Shown here one piece after another: positions 1 through 11,305 of a stretch of DNA of 64,000 bases. The number at the start of each line of letters is the position of its first letter. Position 1 is the stretch's first letter. The translations under genes and the position numbers were made by a program. The notes below the pieces were generated by a model. The model was not told the DNA's origin, did not search any database, and saw only the letters and a program-made list of their open reading frames with translations. This stretch comes from Amoebidium appalachense (lineage: Eukaryota > Protista > Ichthyosporea): the NCBI GenBank assembly GCA_963693365.1, contig CAVNZM010000004.1, positions 8,894,468 through 8,958,467 on the forward strand, read 5' to 3'.

Positions 1-69
1 GAAAGCGGCGGGGATTTCCTATAATGGGAATTTGTCGTCCACAACAAAAAAAAACTTCACCTTGACCTT

Positions 70-1554
70 TCATGAAGGCGCCCTCTCACCCATACACCGT
101 TTCAAGTACGCCACCTCCTCCCTTAACGCCACAACCTGGCCCTTAAGCGCCTCGTTTTCCGCCCTTAGCCTCCTATTGTCCTGCAACGTTTCGTGCTCCA
201 TCTTCCTCCTCCTTTCGCGGTACTTTCTCGACGCTTCGTTATTCCTTCCCCTTCGATCGCCCGTCGGCTCCCCGGCCTCACTTTGAACCTCTTTTCCCTT
301 TCCGTGCGAGCTCCCGTTCGCCTTGGAGGTTCTTGATGAATTTCGCATCTGAGCCACCGATCCGGGTGTGCCCATGTTCAAAATCCCCGACCCGTCTTGG
401 GAATTATTCAATGAATTTACAACACCCCCTAGGTGCCCCTCATTGTGCGAAGACGTGGTTTCGGACGTGGCAGAGCTGTTACTGCGCGCACGTTGCACGT
501 GATTACCCACACTCACTTTCGTCTCGAGATTATCACGTGACCCCCCAGGCGTGTGTCCGTCGTTCAAATCCATGGCGGTTGGGTGACCCTGGCCGCCGTG
601 GTGATTTTGATCAGAGTCGGAAGGTTTGCTCGAACCCACGAAATTTGACGGGTGGCGGGCGGCGCCGTGCGCAAAACTATTGCCATTTTCGATCGGGTGG
701 TGTGCGATTTCATTGGACGACGTCGAATGAAAAATGCTCGAATGGGAGTGGGACTTCCGAGGCGAAGGGGCGGGATGCCACTGAACACCGTGTGCGTCGT
801 AATGGAAAGGCACCCCCTGAGACCCATGGTATACGCCGGCCGGGGGCGCGTGTCTGTGATTCGCGTAATCGGCAGCGAGATCGGGATGATCGTGATTTGG
901 TCCAGGGGACCCGCTCGAGTAATTCCTATGTACTAAGGTACTGCTGGATGTGCCATGTCCCCGCATAGGCCCCGGGTGGTGCAGAACGCCGGCGCCGTAA
1001 AACTTTTTCGTTGGGTCAAGCATGGGGCTATCCACACTACTGCTATGGATCATATTAATGTTATTGGGATGCGCTTTCGACACCCCACGGTGATATGATT
1101 CCGGATTTCGGCAAACCGGCAAATCTTGTTCCGAATAGTGCATAGTTGCGTCGTCCGTGTAGCGATGGTGCCGATTAGTTATCATCGGCTGTGCGGCCAT
1201 AGGCACGCCAGTGTGTTCAAACACGCCCGGTTGGTACCCCGGGCCGCTGTGGAAATCACTTTTTGCACCTTGCGGCAATCTTTCACTGCTTGCACCGTGC
1301 ACGTGGTTACCCCACGCCGCGTGGTGTGAAACCCCGTCCATTGGTTGGTCGTTAACCCCTGGGTGATATCTGATGTGGCCACCGACATCCGTCATCATAT
1401 CCGAAGAAATTTTCCGTTCAGAGTGAAACATGCTCGCTTGCTGTTCGACTCGATAAGGAAAGCCGCCTGGGGGCGGCAGGGCTTCCGACATTTTCGAGTG
1501 TGGGGGTTCGTATGCTCGCGGGTGGTCGATGGGGCGAAGAACGAGGGCGCTCAT
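70..1554 (-). CDS. bZIP transcription factor (C/EBP-PAR-ATF4-like basic region), ~494 aa
   Basis: Long His/Pro/Ser-rich ORF ending in RRGRNNEASRKYRERRR followed by a leucine heptad (L-RAENEA-L-KGQVVA-L-REEVAY-L). First ATG after the (CA)n tract is at 1554; an acceptor (cacgtgcag|) at 1597 suggests an upstream intron, so a further 5' exon is possible. Confidence 0.88.
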   Translation of the reverse strand: MSALVLRPIDHPRAYEPPHSKMSEALPPPGGFPYRVEQQASMFHSERKISSDMMTDVGGHIRYHPGVNDQPMDGVSHHAAWGNHVHGASSERLPQGAKSDFHSGPGYQPGVFEHTGVPMAAQPMITNRHHRYTDDATMHYSEQDLPVCRNPESYHRGVSKAHPNNINMIHSSSVDSPMLDPTKKFYGAGVLHHPGPMRGHGTSSSTLVHRNYSSGSPGPNHDHPDLAADYANHRHAPPAGVYHGSQGVPFHYDAHGVQWHPAPSPRKSHSHSSIFHSTSSNEIAHHPIENGNSFAHGAARHPSNFVGSSKPSDSDQNHHGGQGHPTAMDLNDGHTPGGSRDNLETKVSVGNHVQRARSNSSATSETTSSHNEGHLGGVVNSLNNSQDGSGILNMGTPGSVAQMRNSSRTSKANGSSHGKGKEVQSEAGEPTGDRRGRNNEASRKYRERRRKMEHETLQDNRRLRAENEALKGQVVALREEVAYLKRCMGERAPS

Positions 1555-1598
1555 AGTTCGTTGGGTCAAGCTTGAAGGGCTAGTAGGAGTCACATCCT

Positions 1599-1653
<55 letters not shown>

Positions 1654-2383
1654 TGTGCGCGCGCGTGCGTGCGTGTGTGTGGTGGTGATAGTCACGGCGC
1701 GAATCAGGAATGGCTTGAAATATATGACGGGGGTTATGTGGTGTGTGCGCTGTGGTGTTATGTGTGACACAGTGTGTCTTCTGAGAGGTGACAGGAAGGG
1801 CAGGGCGGGGGGAGAGGGATGAGGGGGAGGGGGGATAAATCAGGCGAAGGTTAGCTTAACTACCCGTATACCCGGGACCTGCACAATACGGCATATCATA
1901 ATAATGATGATTATTACTGATAACAGCTGACATCCAGGTCCCGGACACGCGACATATCACATTATGAATGAGTATGGTGCTGGGTTATCACATTGCCGAA
2001 CGGGGATGTGCAAGTGCACTACCGTGCCACGTGCACTCTTTCACGGGAGTGCGTGGAGCCGCTGCGCTCAACCCCCCCCCCCCCCCTTCACACCCCCACC
2101 CCAATGTGACACTCAACCCAAATGGCCTCACGGCGTGCTCAGTAACACAATGTGTAACTCAGACAGGCCAACTTCGATATACTTTACTGTGGTGACACAC
2201 CGCATGGCACGAAATACTTTAGTTTGTAGCAACAAAACACAGGTTATTGCACACCTTCGTAATGCCGGTAAACCTCAGAGCCTGACCCCTCCCCGCCCGG
2301 ACCCCCCCCCCATGCCTTCCCCCCGTTCAAGCCCCCTCCCCCCCCCCCCCCCCCCCTCTCCTGGTCCCCATTGGTCGTGTCAT

Positions 2384-2448
<65 letters not shown>

Positions 2449-2790
2449 ATGTATGTAGAGTGGAGAATTGCACGTATGCCATTGTGTTGATGCTGACATG
2501 GCCATTCATGCTTGCATCTCAGTAATACTATGCATCTTAGAACTGCAATGCGCTGGTCATGGTGCCAGTGGCACAGTGATTGAAAGAGACTGGTCTGATT
2601 TTTTGTAGGCAACTTGGAACTTGTAACTGCCTCGGGACATGCCGAAGCCGGACCGTCTAGTAGAAATACAGCGAACCTGGTAAATAGAGCCGAATCGGTA
2701 AAATGAACGACTGAACCAAGAATGAAAGGCATAGAAAGGTGAATGAGGGAGACTACTTCGGGGAAGTAGCGTTTGGGTGTGCGTGTGTGC

Positions 2791-2836
<46 letters not shown>

Positions 2837-4454
2837 GTGTGCGGAGGGGAGAGGGGGGAGAGGGAGGGGGGGTTACCAAGAATCAGCTCGGAGATCTGAG
2901 TGACTCGGCCAGGGCCAACATTGAGCATGTGGCAACTCAGCGGCAGGGCAAAGCTCTCAGGTACTGCTTCAGGTTGCAAGCACCCGAGTAAACAACGACT
3001 AGTGTTTCTTAGTGTGATGTAGTGTTAACGTAAGCGTTAGGACCACCGAAAGTCAACCGGGATGTTATGACTTCCTAATTCCGTTACGGGCAAAACCTTG
3101 CAAGTTGGCTGTCTTCAGATCTTTCATGTCTTGCGTCGGGAAGCTAGGCTGAGTGGCACAGCAAGAGCTGCCGGCACATCGCTGCATGCAAAGTGATAAT
3201 GCCTATTGCCTTCAGGTAAAGAGTTGCCGGTTCCCAGTGCATGCTACGCGTCTATAGGTGGGCAGTTTGTGAATGTTAGCCAGCCGGTGCATTTCCAACT
3301 GAGGCTTCCGGTTTTTCAAGTTGGTTCAAGAGGTGTCCTCAGTGATGGCCTCGACTGATGACACTGTGACAAGTTAACTTGAGCCGGATTTGCTAGTTAC
3401 TCGTCATGCTAAAAACTCGTTATGCTAAAAAAGGGCCTGAAGCTCCTAAAAGAGTTATATATACTTCGTTAGTATCCATGAGTATAATTAACGTTCCCGA
3501 TTGACACCGGTGAGTGAATGAAACGGTTTGAAACTAAAAACTCGACTCCACCCGGCCCGCTGCGCAAATTTGGGCATGGACAGCCTCCCGGCTAAGGGAA
3601 TTCCTGAACAAACATGATGCGCACCTAAATTCCAAGCAACTATCACATAATCATTTAATTTTGTGAACTGATTTATAAAAGCTCTTATGTGCAAAAGTTA
3701 CATAAAGATGATGATATACTGTGGATTTTCCCCCCATTTCATGATAGATTGATACAATGTAATAATTATGTAGTTGATGCGAAGCTCCTGTCTTAATATT
3801 TCGACAGAGTCGATTCATTTTGTTAGTAGTCATGATTAAGATACTGTAAGACATATCTTTAAGCAAATTCGGGAAATCTTGGATCCGCAGAGCGGCCTTT
3901 TGTATGTCACGGACATGCCCTAGATCTAAGGTATGCGTATGCTGCGTCCAACCCACATAGGGTGGCACGCACACCGTCGCACAGTGACATTCATGAGTGC
4001 GAACCCGTGAGATAGGGCAATAAACACATATGAATCGAGTAATAACAGCTTTAAATGCGCGTTTCTATGTAGATAGTTTACAAAAACGGTAGAATATGAA
4101 AACATTCCGGAAATTCACCCATTGCCAGGGCAGAAAACATGGTGCTATCACCAACTTGGTTAATCGCCTGACTCGATGAGTCATGGCACAATATATTGAA
4201 TTCCCTATAAACCTTTCCGACCCCAATCGGTGAACAGTTACCACTTACCAGTGGATCATGCAATAGCCGGGAGAATGAGTACCCAGTAGCAACCAGCATC
4301 TTTAACCAAAAAATAAAATCTGAACCAGAAAAAAATCCTCCAAGGCTTATGATTGACATGTGTACATGTAAAAAGTTTGATGTATGAATTGATGATGTGC
4401 CGGCTCAGTATGACTTTCGAGTCAATATTCATCGATCAATTTTATTTTTTTTTC

Positions 4455-5618
4455 TTTTTCTTGTGACTGGATTTATTCGACGGAAAGATATGCAAGTATG
4501 CACGGCATACTGAGAATAAACCCCTACTGACAAGACAATAAAAAAAACTTCACGAGTTATCCAGTAACAAGTGCATCCTGAGATACCTGAACACTGTGTG
4601 AAAATCATATAAATACTCAATGTGACGACCAACAGAATTCAAATTTTTGGAAGTTCGGTAAATCTATTTTGGACTTGGCACCTACTGAATCGATGGACAC
4701 CACTCCATCATGATGATCATGAGCTCACGAGCCCAGCTGCAGCTTCCGTCAATAGCTTATCCATGATCATTTGCATTAGAGATTCACTGTATATACGTTT
4801 AATTCGATTTTTTTTTTTATCGAGGCAGGCTAAGAACCAGATATCTGCACAGGCACCACACAAAACCTCATATGATTTTCACACAGTGTTCAGGTATCTC
4901 AGTATGCACTTGTTACTGGATTACTCGTGAAGGGTTGGCTGCTGCAACTTCTTCAGCTACTTCTGCGCTGCGCGAGTGGAGGGGCGGCTACTTGGTCGTC
5001 GGGGAGCTTTCCAAGTGACTGCCAGTCCTTAGCCTCCAGTCGTATGGCAAAGACCGGGTTTGCTTGCATTATTCTGTAATTGTGTTTTTCTGTGTGTTCT
5101 GCCACAACTAGGCCACCTTATCAGAGAGCTAGATGCAGTTTCTCCGGGTTATCTAGGGGCCGCGGGCCCGTACATTAACGTTGGGATTGTTTTTTAGCTC
5201 AGATTTGGTCTGCATTGCTCTTTTAGAGGCTGACTTGCTTGCTGTGCCTCGGTAGGTTTTGAGGGGGGCCTGTTGGGAAGCAGCAGTAATGATGTCTTCT
5301 TGCGGATTGTGGTCTGGTCAACATCAATGCATATGACTAGTTGGAGCAAACTAGTTTCACGCATACACATACACTTAAGGTTTTGCCCGCTGGTGTCCTT
5401 TGTCACTTGTCGCTTTATTTTAATTATTTCGTAGCTTTGGCTTGGGGTTTACACACTTTTTATTGCGTGGACACTGCCGGAGGCCCAGCCACATTCGGCG
5501 GCCTACTGCGTTTTCCAGCACAGCCAATCAAATGCAGCCAGTGACATATGTACATGCTAGGCAACAATGAGCGCCATCGTAGTATATGACACCCCTACCA
5601 CCTACTGAGGCGGTGTCT

Positions 5619-5666
<48 letters not shown>

Positions 5667-6047
5667 TTAAAAGGGACGCCGCCTAAGTAGATGTAAAAAA
5701 CGTCGCACGTGCGGCAACACGTCAGTACGTGTTAGATGACACCCCTATTACATATTATGGGTAAGCAGAGGCTAGCATCGGTAGCTCCGAAAGAAAGTTA
5801 AGGCACCGGATCACAATATCATACTGTGCAGCATTAATAAGGAAGAAAAGAGAATAAAACCGCCAATAACCTCCGGTTCTAATTTCAGTTCTATTGGTGG
5901 TTATGTAGCCTGTGGCTGCACGTTGCCTTCATCAACGGATCAATAAAACCGAGTCAAAAGAAGAAAAAAAAAAGTTTTTATTGTCTTCTCAGTATGCCGT
6001 GCATACTTGCATATCTTTCCGTCGAATAAATCCAGTCAAAAGAAAAA
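4455..6047. repeat. Pair of ~75-95 bp inverted repeats enclosing ~1.4 kb (possible non-autonomous TIR element)
   Basis: 4464-4516 is the exact reverse complement of 5986-6038 (53 bp); similarity extends to 4455-4550 / 5972-6047 with an indel. Confidence 0.75.
5586..5747. repeat. Short foldback with poly-T core between 12-bp direct repeats
   Basis: ATGACACCCCTA at 5586-5597 and 5736-5747; imperfect 23-bp inverted arms at 5599-5621 and 5671-5693 around a ~44-nt T run. Confidence 0.55.
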
Positions 6048-8386
6048 CAATACCTCAGTCGGGTGTCAGTTAATCACCCTAGAGTCTGCCTTGACATGAT
6101 AGGTGCACGTGCCTGGCGGTGCGATTCGCCGAATAGACGCCATATGATCGTCGCCATCACAATGATGATTGATCAGCATCATCAGTGTACTTTGTGTACA
6201 TGTGGCGCCATTTATCCGCCAGGTGCGTAACAGATCTTACAGTTATATCCAGTTGAAATTATAGAATACTGCAATTGGCGTTAAGAAGGAAATGTTTTTC
6301 TTCAAATTCTTTCTTACTCATAAAGATTGCTTCGGTTGGCTTTAAGAATAGGGTCGTGTATATATGGGTGAGCGCGTATACGTGTGTGTACGTGTACACA
6401 CATGCAGATACGAATCGGTTGGCACACGCGGGCTAATACAACTCACACCCCTGCAGCCAATCAAATCTTTCGCTCGATCCGTTCAGATTTTTGTCGCACC
6501 TCATTTCCAGAAATTATATTTTCCAAAAAAGGTTCTGGTTATCTATACACAAATAAAAGCATTACTTATCTATCCATTCTGAGGACGCGTATCTGTATCA
6601 TGATCTACTTACATTGATGGGGGGGGCGGGGCGATCGAGGTGTACCAATACCATGTGCGCGCATAAATACTTGTCATGATTATACACAACATGCTTGAAT
6701 CAAAATAGCTCTAGCTACTAATTGGCTGCAGGTAAGATATCAAGAGGATGGGCTTTTTTATTCCCTTTATGTATTCGATTAGAAACTGAAAAATGCTATC
6801 TCTCTGTCATCGGTGGTTGTCAAGTCTCTGGTGACAGGTTTTGTAAAATTCTGAACAAATTGGCTACTTTGGCTCCCGGGCCGCTTTATCAATGACACAA
6901 GATTCAGTTGCAACAGCATTCTTGTGTCCGAAATGGACCATGCGCCACACTGGTGCTCACGCCATCGGTACACAACAGTATGATCATGAATGCTACATAA
7001 AATAGTCTACTCTAAAAACAAAGGATTCAGAGCTCTGGAGCCAGTGCTTCATATTTTTGATTATGGAGAAGGTATTTTAATAAATCTCTGGTAATTGGTA
7101 ACGTGGTAACTAATAAAATTAGTAAGTGACGCCGCGGCCCGCGGCCCGCGGCCCGTGGCCCGCAGGACAGTTTTTGCAGCAGCGTCGTATGACTACAACA
7201 CGATGTGATTGGCAGGTTATACTTTTTTGGCCCGCTCCCTCGTGCGCACGTGCACGTGTGCTCTGCCCGGATCATGATTCTCGGAATTGTTCCTCGAATA
7301 TAGCCCAACCTCGTTTGAATCAATCTGGTCAGAGTTCGAGGATATAAAAAGCCGCCCTGTAACCATCTTCTTTCCTCGATTAAATCCTCCTCGAGGATAG
7401 GCCCACATGCCAGGAGTATCATTTTTACCCAGAAGCACGGCCATCTAGATGGCCGTGCCCAGAAGGGGACGTGCACATGTGACTTCAAGTCGCCGCTTCA
7501 CGAAGCGTATCCTACTATGTAGTGTGTGTGCACACTGTGTGCACGTGTGTGTATGTGTGTGTGTGTGCTCGTGTGTGCGTGCGTGTGTTTCTCTTCTTTC
7601 TCGGCTCGCTCCCGGGCGCTCGCCCTACGCTCGCCCCGGGGCTCGCCCCTTGTAGGTACGTACGCTACAATAGTAAAAAGTCACCTACAAAAGACTCAAG
7701 TCGCAGCTTAAAGTCAGGACAAGTCACCAGCTCCTCTCACCAATTATACTAATTAGTCAAGTCGGCATAACTTGACTTGGCCGAAGTCAGGGTTTCCGTG
7801 ACTTCAAGTCGCAACTTTACGACTCTGCGCTCGCCGGCGAAGCCTCGCATTTTGATGATGGGTACAGCTCGCCCCAGCGCTTGCTCAATACGATTGGACC
7901 AAAAGCAGTGATGGAGCACCGCGCTATAGTTTATGCAAACTGATTGGATCACGCCTTGATTTTTGCAACCTGATTGGTTCCGGGATTATTGCGAACGGCT
8001 TAGTTCCTTCCCTTCCCCAGACCCTATCCTATCCCTATCTCCGTCGGTCACGCGACCTCCAAACTAAGTGACCGAGGTCACCAGTGGGAATCACGATTCG
8101 TCATGTCATGCAGATATATAGACATTTCATTCATATGATGATATGCTCCCAAATGTATTATCATCGTACACTGTAGTGGATAAGTCTTCAAGCTATATTG
8201 ATGTAGTACAGTGGCATAAAAAGAACAATACTACGGTAACATGATCATCCGATGTAATTGGCCCGAATCACGCGATCAAGCCGTGGCTGCACCGTGATGT
8301 ACATGTACAATACGTATATCCACGCTGTCAGTATACGTATGATCATGACTGATCCGATGATGATCGTGATGATCTGATTGTGAGCG

Positions 8387-8432
8387 GTCTAGTTATTTCA
8401 TCTCGCCCCCCTCCCTCTCTACTCTTATTCTA
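8387..8432 (+). repeat. Left terminal inverted repeat of the mitochondrial segment
   Basis: GTCTAGTTATTTCATCTCGCCCCC (8387-8410) matches the reverse complement of 14733-14756 exactly (24 bp); an imperfect pyrimidine-rich match continues for ~22 bp. Confidence 0.9.
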
Positions 8433-8647
8433 AGCTTCCGTCACTATATAAGATGATAATTACAATCCTAAATACAACATGTGATCGAAATCCAGAAAAT
8501 CGTCAATTTTGGAATTTTACCTATCATAGTTTGGAATTTATGAATTTTATAAGAATCTTAAATTGTAATTAACAGATTTATAAGATAGAATAAGTAATTT
8601 AGTACGATTAACATTGTATGTTAGGAATTAAATTAAATCATTCAATG

Positions 8648-8663
8648 TTAGGAAATAATAAAG
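8648..8663 (+). promoter_or_regulatory. Conserved 16-nt leader before rps13 ATG
   Basis: TTAGGAAATAATAAAG-ATG; 15/16 identical to the leader of atp6. Confidence 0.6.
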
Positions 8664-9056
8664 ATGAGAAAACACGATAAACAAGAATTAATATATGTAA
8701 CAGAAGAGAAAACGAAAGGTAGAGAAATATTTAAGAAGGTGTATGGGATAGGAGAAAAGGAATATGCAACAATAAGTGTAGAATTAGGATTGTCAAGCAA
8801 TCAAGGTAGAGGAGTAACGTCATATGAAAGAAGTCAAATTGACAATTATATTAAGAGACGTATGAAGTTTACAACATTAATTACAAATGACTTTCATATT
8901 AAACCTATTGAACAAAATTTAAGAGCTGCTACTAATTCTAAGATTTTAACTTTACAAAACATTAAAACATATAAAGGTATTCGCCATAAAAAGGGATTAC
9001 CAGTAAATGGACAACGTACTAAAACTAATGCTGTTTCGGCTAGACGTAAAAGATAA
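8664..9056 (+). CDS. rps13: Mitochondrial ribosomal protein S13
   Basis: 130-aa ORF with VYGIG and the S13 signature IKTYKGIRHKKGLPVNGQRTKTNA; AT-rich, intronless. Confidence 0.93.
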   Translation: MRKHDKQELIYVTEEKTKGREIFKKVYGIGEKEYATISVELGLSSNQGRGVTSYERSQIDNYIKRRMKFTTLITNDFHIKPIEQNLRAATNSKILTLQNIKTYKGIRHKKGLPVNGQRTKTNAVSARRKR

Positions 9057-9100
9057 CTAGTTTATCTTAACAAACAAGTAATACCTTTAGAGGTTAGAAT

Positions 9101-9116
9101 TTAGGTAATAATAAAG
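9101..9116 (+). promoter_or_regulatory. Conserved 16-nt leader before atp6 ATG
   Basis: TTAGGTAATAATAAAG-ATG; 15/16 identical to the rps13 leader. Confidence 0.6.
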
Positions 9117-9866
9117 ATGATAATAGGATCACCATTAGAACAATTTGTAATAAATCCATTAGTAAGCATATCAATGATAGGAATAGATCTATCAATAACG
9201 AATTCATCATTAACGATGATAATAGCCATAATATTAATAATAACAGCATATAAATTAAGCATAGAAAGAGGGTACATCGTACCAACTAGAATACAATCTG
9301 TAGTAGAAATCTTATACGAGACTGTTTATGGATTAATTAAAGATAACATCGGAGAAAAAGGTAATGCTTATTTTCCCTTTATCTTTACTTTATTCACATA
9401 TATAGTAGTTTTAAACTTAATGGGAATGGTTCCTTATGTATTTAGTGCTACTGCTCACATTAGTGTTGCTTTAGCTTTATCATTTGGAATTTGATTCGGA
9501 GTTACCTTACGTGGATTTAGTCTTCACGGTATTAACTTCTTAAGCATGTTCATGCCACAAGGAGCTCCAATGGCTCTTGCTCCTTTATTAGTAATGATTG
9601 AATTAGTAAGTTATTCAGCTAGAGCAATCTCATTAGGTGTTCGTCTTGCTGCCAACGTGAGTTCCGGACATCTTTTACTTGCTATTCTAAGCGGGTTTGC
9701 TTGAACAATGTTAAGTACAGGAGGTATTTTAGCGGCAGTTAGTATCTTACCAGCATTAGTCGTATTTGCTATGTCTGGATTAGAATTAGCCGTTGCGGTT
9801 ATTCAAGCTTATGTTTTCACACTCTTAACTTGTATTTATATTAACGATGCTATTCATTTACATTAA
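9117..9866 (+). CDS. atp6: Mitochondrial ATP synthase F0 subunit a, 249 aa (TGA read as Trp)
   Basis: SPLEQF N-terminus, [42 protein letters not shown]. In-frame TGA at 9492 and 9702 fall in Trp-type contexts (GIW, GFAW); the frame continues to TAA at 9864-9866. Confidence 0.96.
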
Positions 9867-10128
9867 TTTTATATTATAACTCTATCTCTCCTCGATGAGA
9901 GACTAATTCAATGCAATAAATAGGCTTGAAACCGCTATATTTTAAAGATAATGTAACTATTTACTTGTAGACTTGTGCAACTTTGTTAATTTAACGGCTA
10001 GGTACCAAATGTCAAAGTGCAATAACCTAGTTATAAATAAACTTAGTTATGGCCAACGCATTGAAACATTTAACTGTTTTAACTAAATCCCAGTCCAAAA
10101 AGCTTTTTGCTTCTAGATTGTATGCCCT

Positions 10129-10601
10129 GAGTGGTAGCGGAAGAATCTGAATTTATTGAATTGATCTGAGAAGGTATTAGTTAATTATTTAACACATTAA
10201 TTCAGATGTGGTACCCGGTTCTTCATTCTTTAGAGAGCCTGATGTTTAAATTCAGCTGCTAAATGTAGACATGAGTAAACAAAAATCAGTGGATTGAAAG
10301 TCTAAGACGTAGATATTGGATAAAAGATCTGTGTCACTTACTTGCCCAAAGTTTTAGATTGATTGCGCGGAGTGGTAGCGGAAGAATCTGAATTTATTGA
10401 ATTGATCTGAGAAGGTCCTAGTCAATTATTTAATACATTAATTCAGATGTGGTACCCGGTTCTTTAGAGAGCCTGATGTGTAAATTCCGCTGCTAAATGT
10501 AGACATGAGTAAACAAAAATCAGTGGATTGAAATCTGAGACGTAGATATTGGATAAAAGATCTGTGTCACTTACTTGCCCAAAGTTTTAGATTGATTGCG
10601 C
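10129..10601. repeat. Tandem duplication, ~240-bp unit x2
   Basis: GAGTGGTAGCGGAAGAATCTG starts at 10129 and 10370; copies are near-identical with small indels. Confidence 0.92.
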
Positions 10602-11094
10602 AGAGTGTAACAGCTCGTAAGAGAAAGCAAAAGCTTTATTCAATGGAAGAACTAAAATAGCAAGAAAATCGTAATGGTATTTAGGGCCCTATTACTTTAA
10701 TGTCAATCTAATTATAAAGCTCTTTAGAGTATCACTACTCTAATGACAATGGCTTCGTATTCAAGAAACAATTCTAGTATAAAGGCTCTACTGAGACTCT
10801 AGTACTAACTCGCAACTCGTTTAGTCCTTGCAACTCGTTGAGTAGTTTCAATCTGACACCAGTGGATAGACGTTAATGCGTTAAAGCATGGATGGGATGT
10901 TATTACAGAAACACGGCACAAATAATACCATAATTTTAGGTAAAGTATGTACTGCTTGAGGAATTATTATTATCAATATAGGCATTTTATATAGGGTGAA
11001 TTGTCGTTTGATTTCAAATTAGATCTGTATTGCTTGATAAAATAGTATCGTAGAGCATGGGAGAGTGCAATTAACACAATGATCTATTATAAAC

Positions 11095-11305
11095 TTCGCT
11101 ATATGCGAGAACCTTCTTAGAACCTACGGGACTAGACAGGGATTTCTTTTGTTAGTAAAACAACGTTCGGACGGGCAAATCCGTAGGAAACTACTCGAGA
11201 TAAAATATCTATTAGTAAATTTCTCATATACTACATGCAAAACAATCTGTTACATATACAGGTTGGAAAATATAGTCCGCTCTTAGATTAAAGTCTAAGC
11301 TGGTT
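11095..11305 (+). ncRNA. Degenerate group I (IB-like) intron catalytic core, no host gene recognised
   Basis: P-like TATATGCGAGAA (11100), Q-like AATCCGTAGGAAAC (11178), R-like TTCTCATATACTACATGC (11221), P8 hairpin CAATCTGT/ACAGGTTG, S-like GAAAATATAGTCC (11266), P9 hairpin CTTAGATT/AGTCTAAG; correct P-Q-R-S order. Confidence 0.62.

Noticed and set aside
4078-4359. 93-aa minus-strand ORF as a gene or viral remnant
   Set aside because: No recognisable motif or splice structure; cannot be supported without a homology search.
9117-9494. atp6 as a truncated 125-aa ORF or pseudogene
   Set aside because: The apparent stops are TGA codons in Trp-type contexts; in code 4 the frame is intact to 9866.
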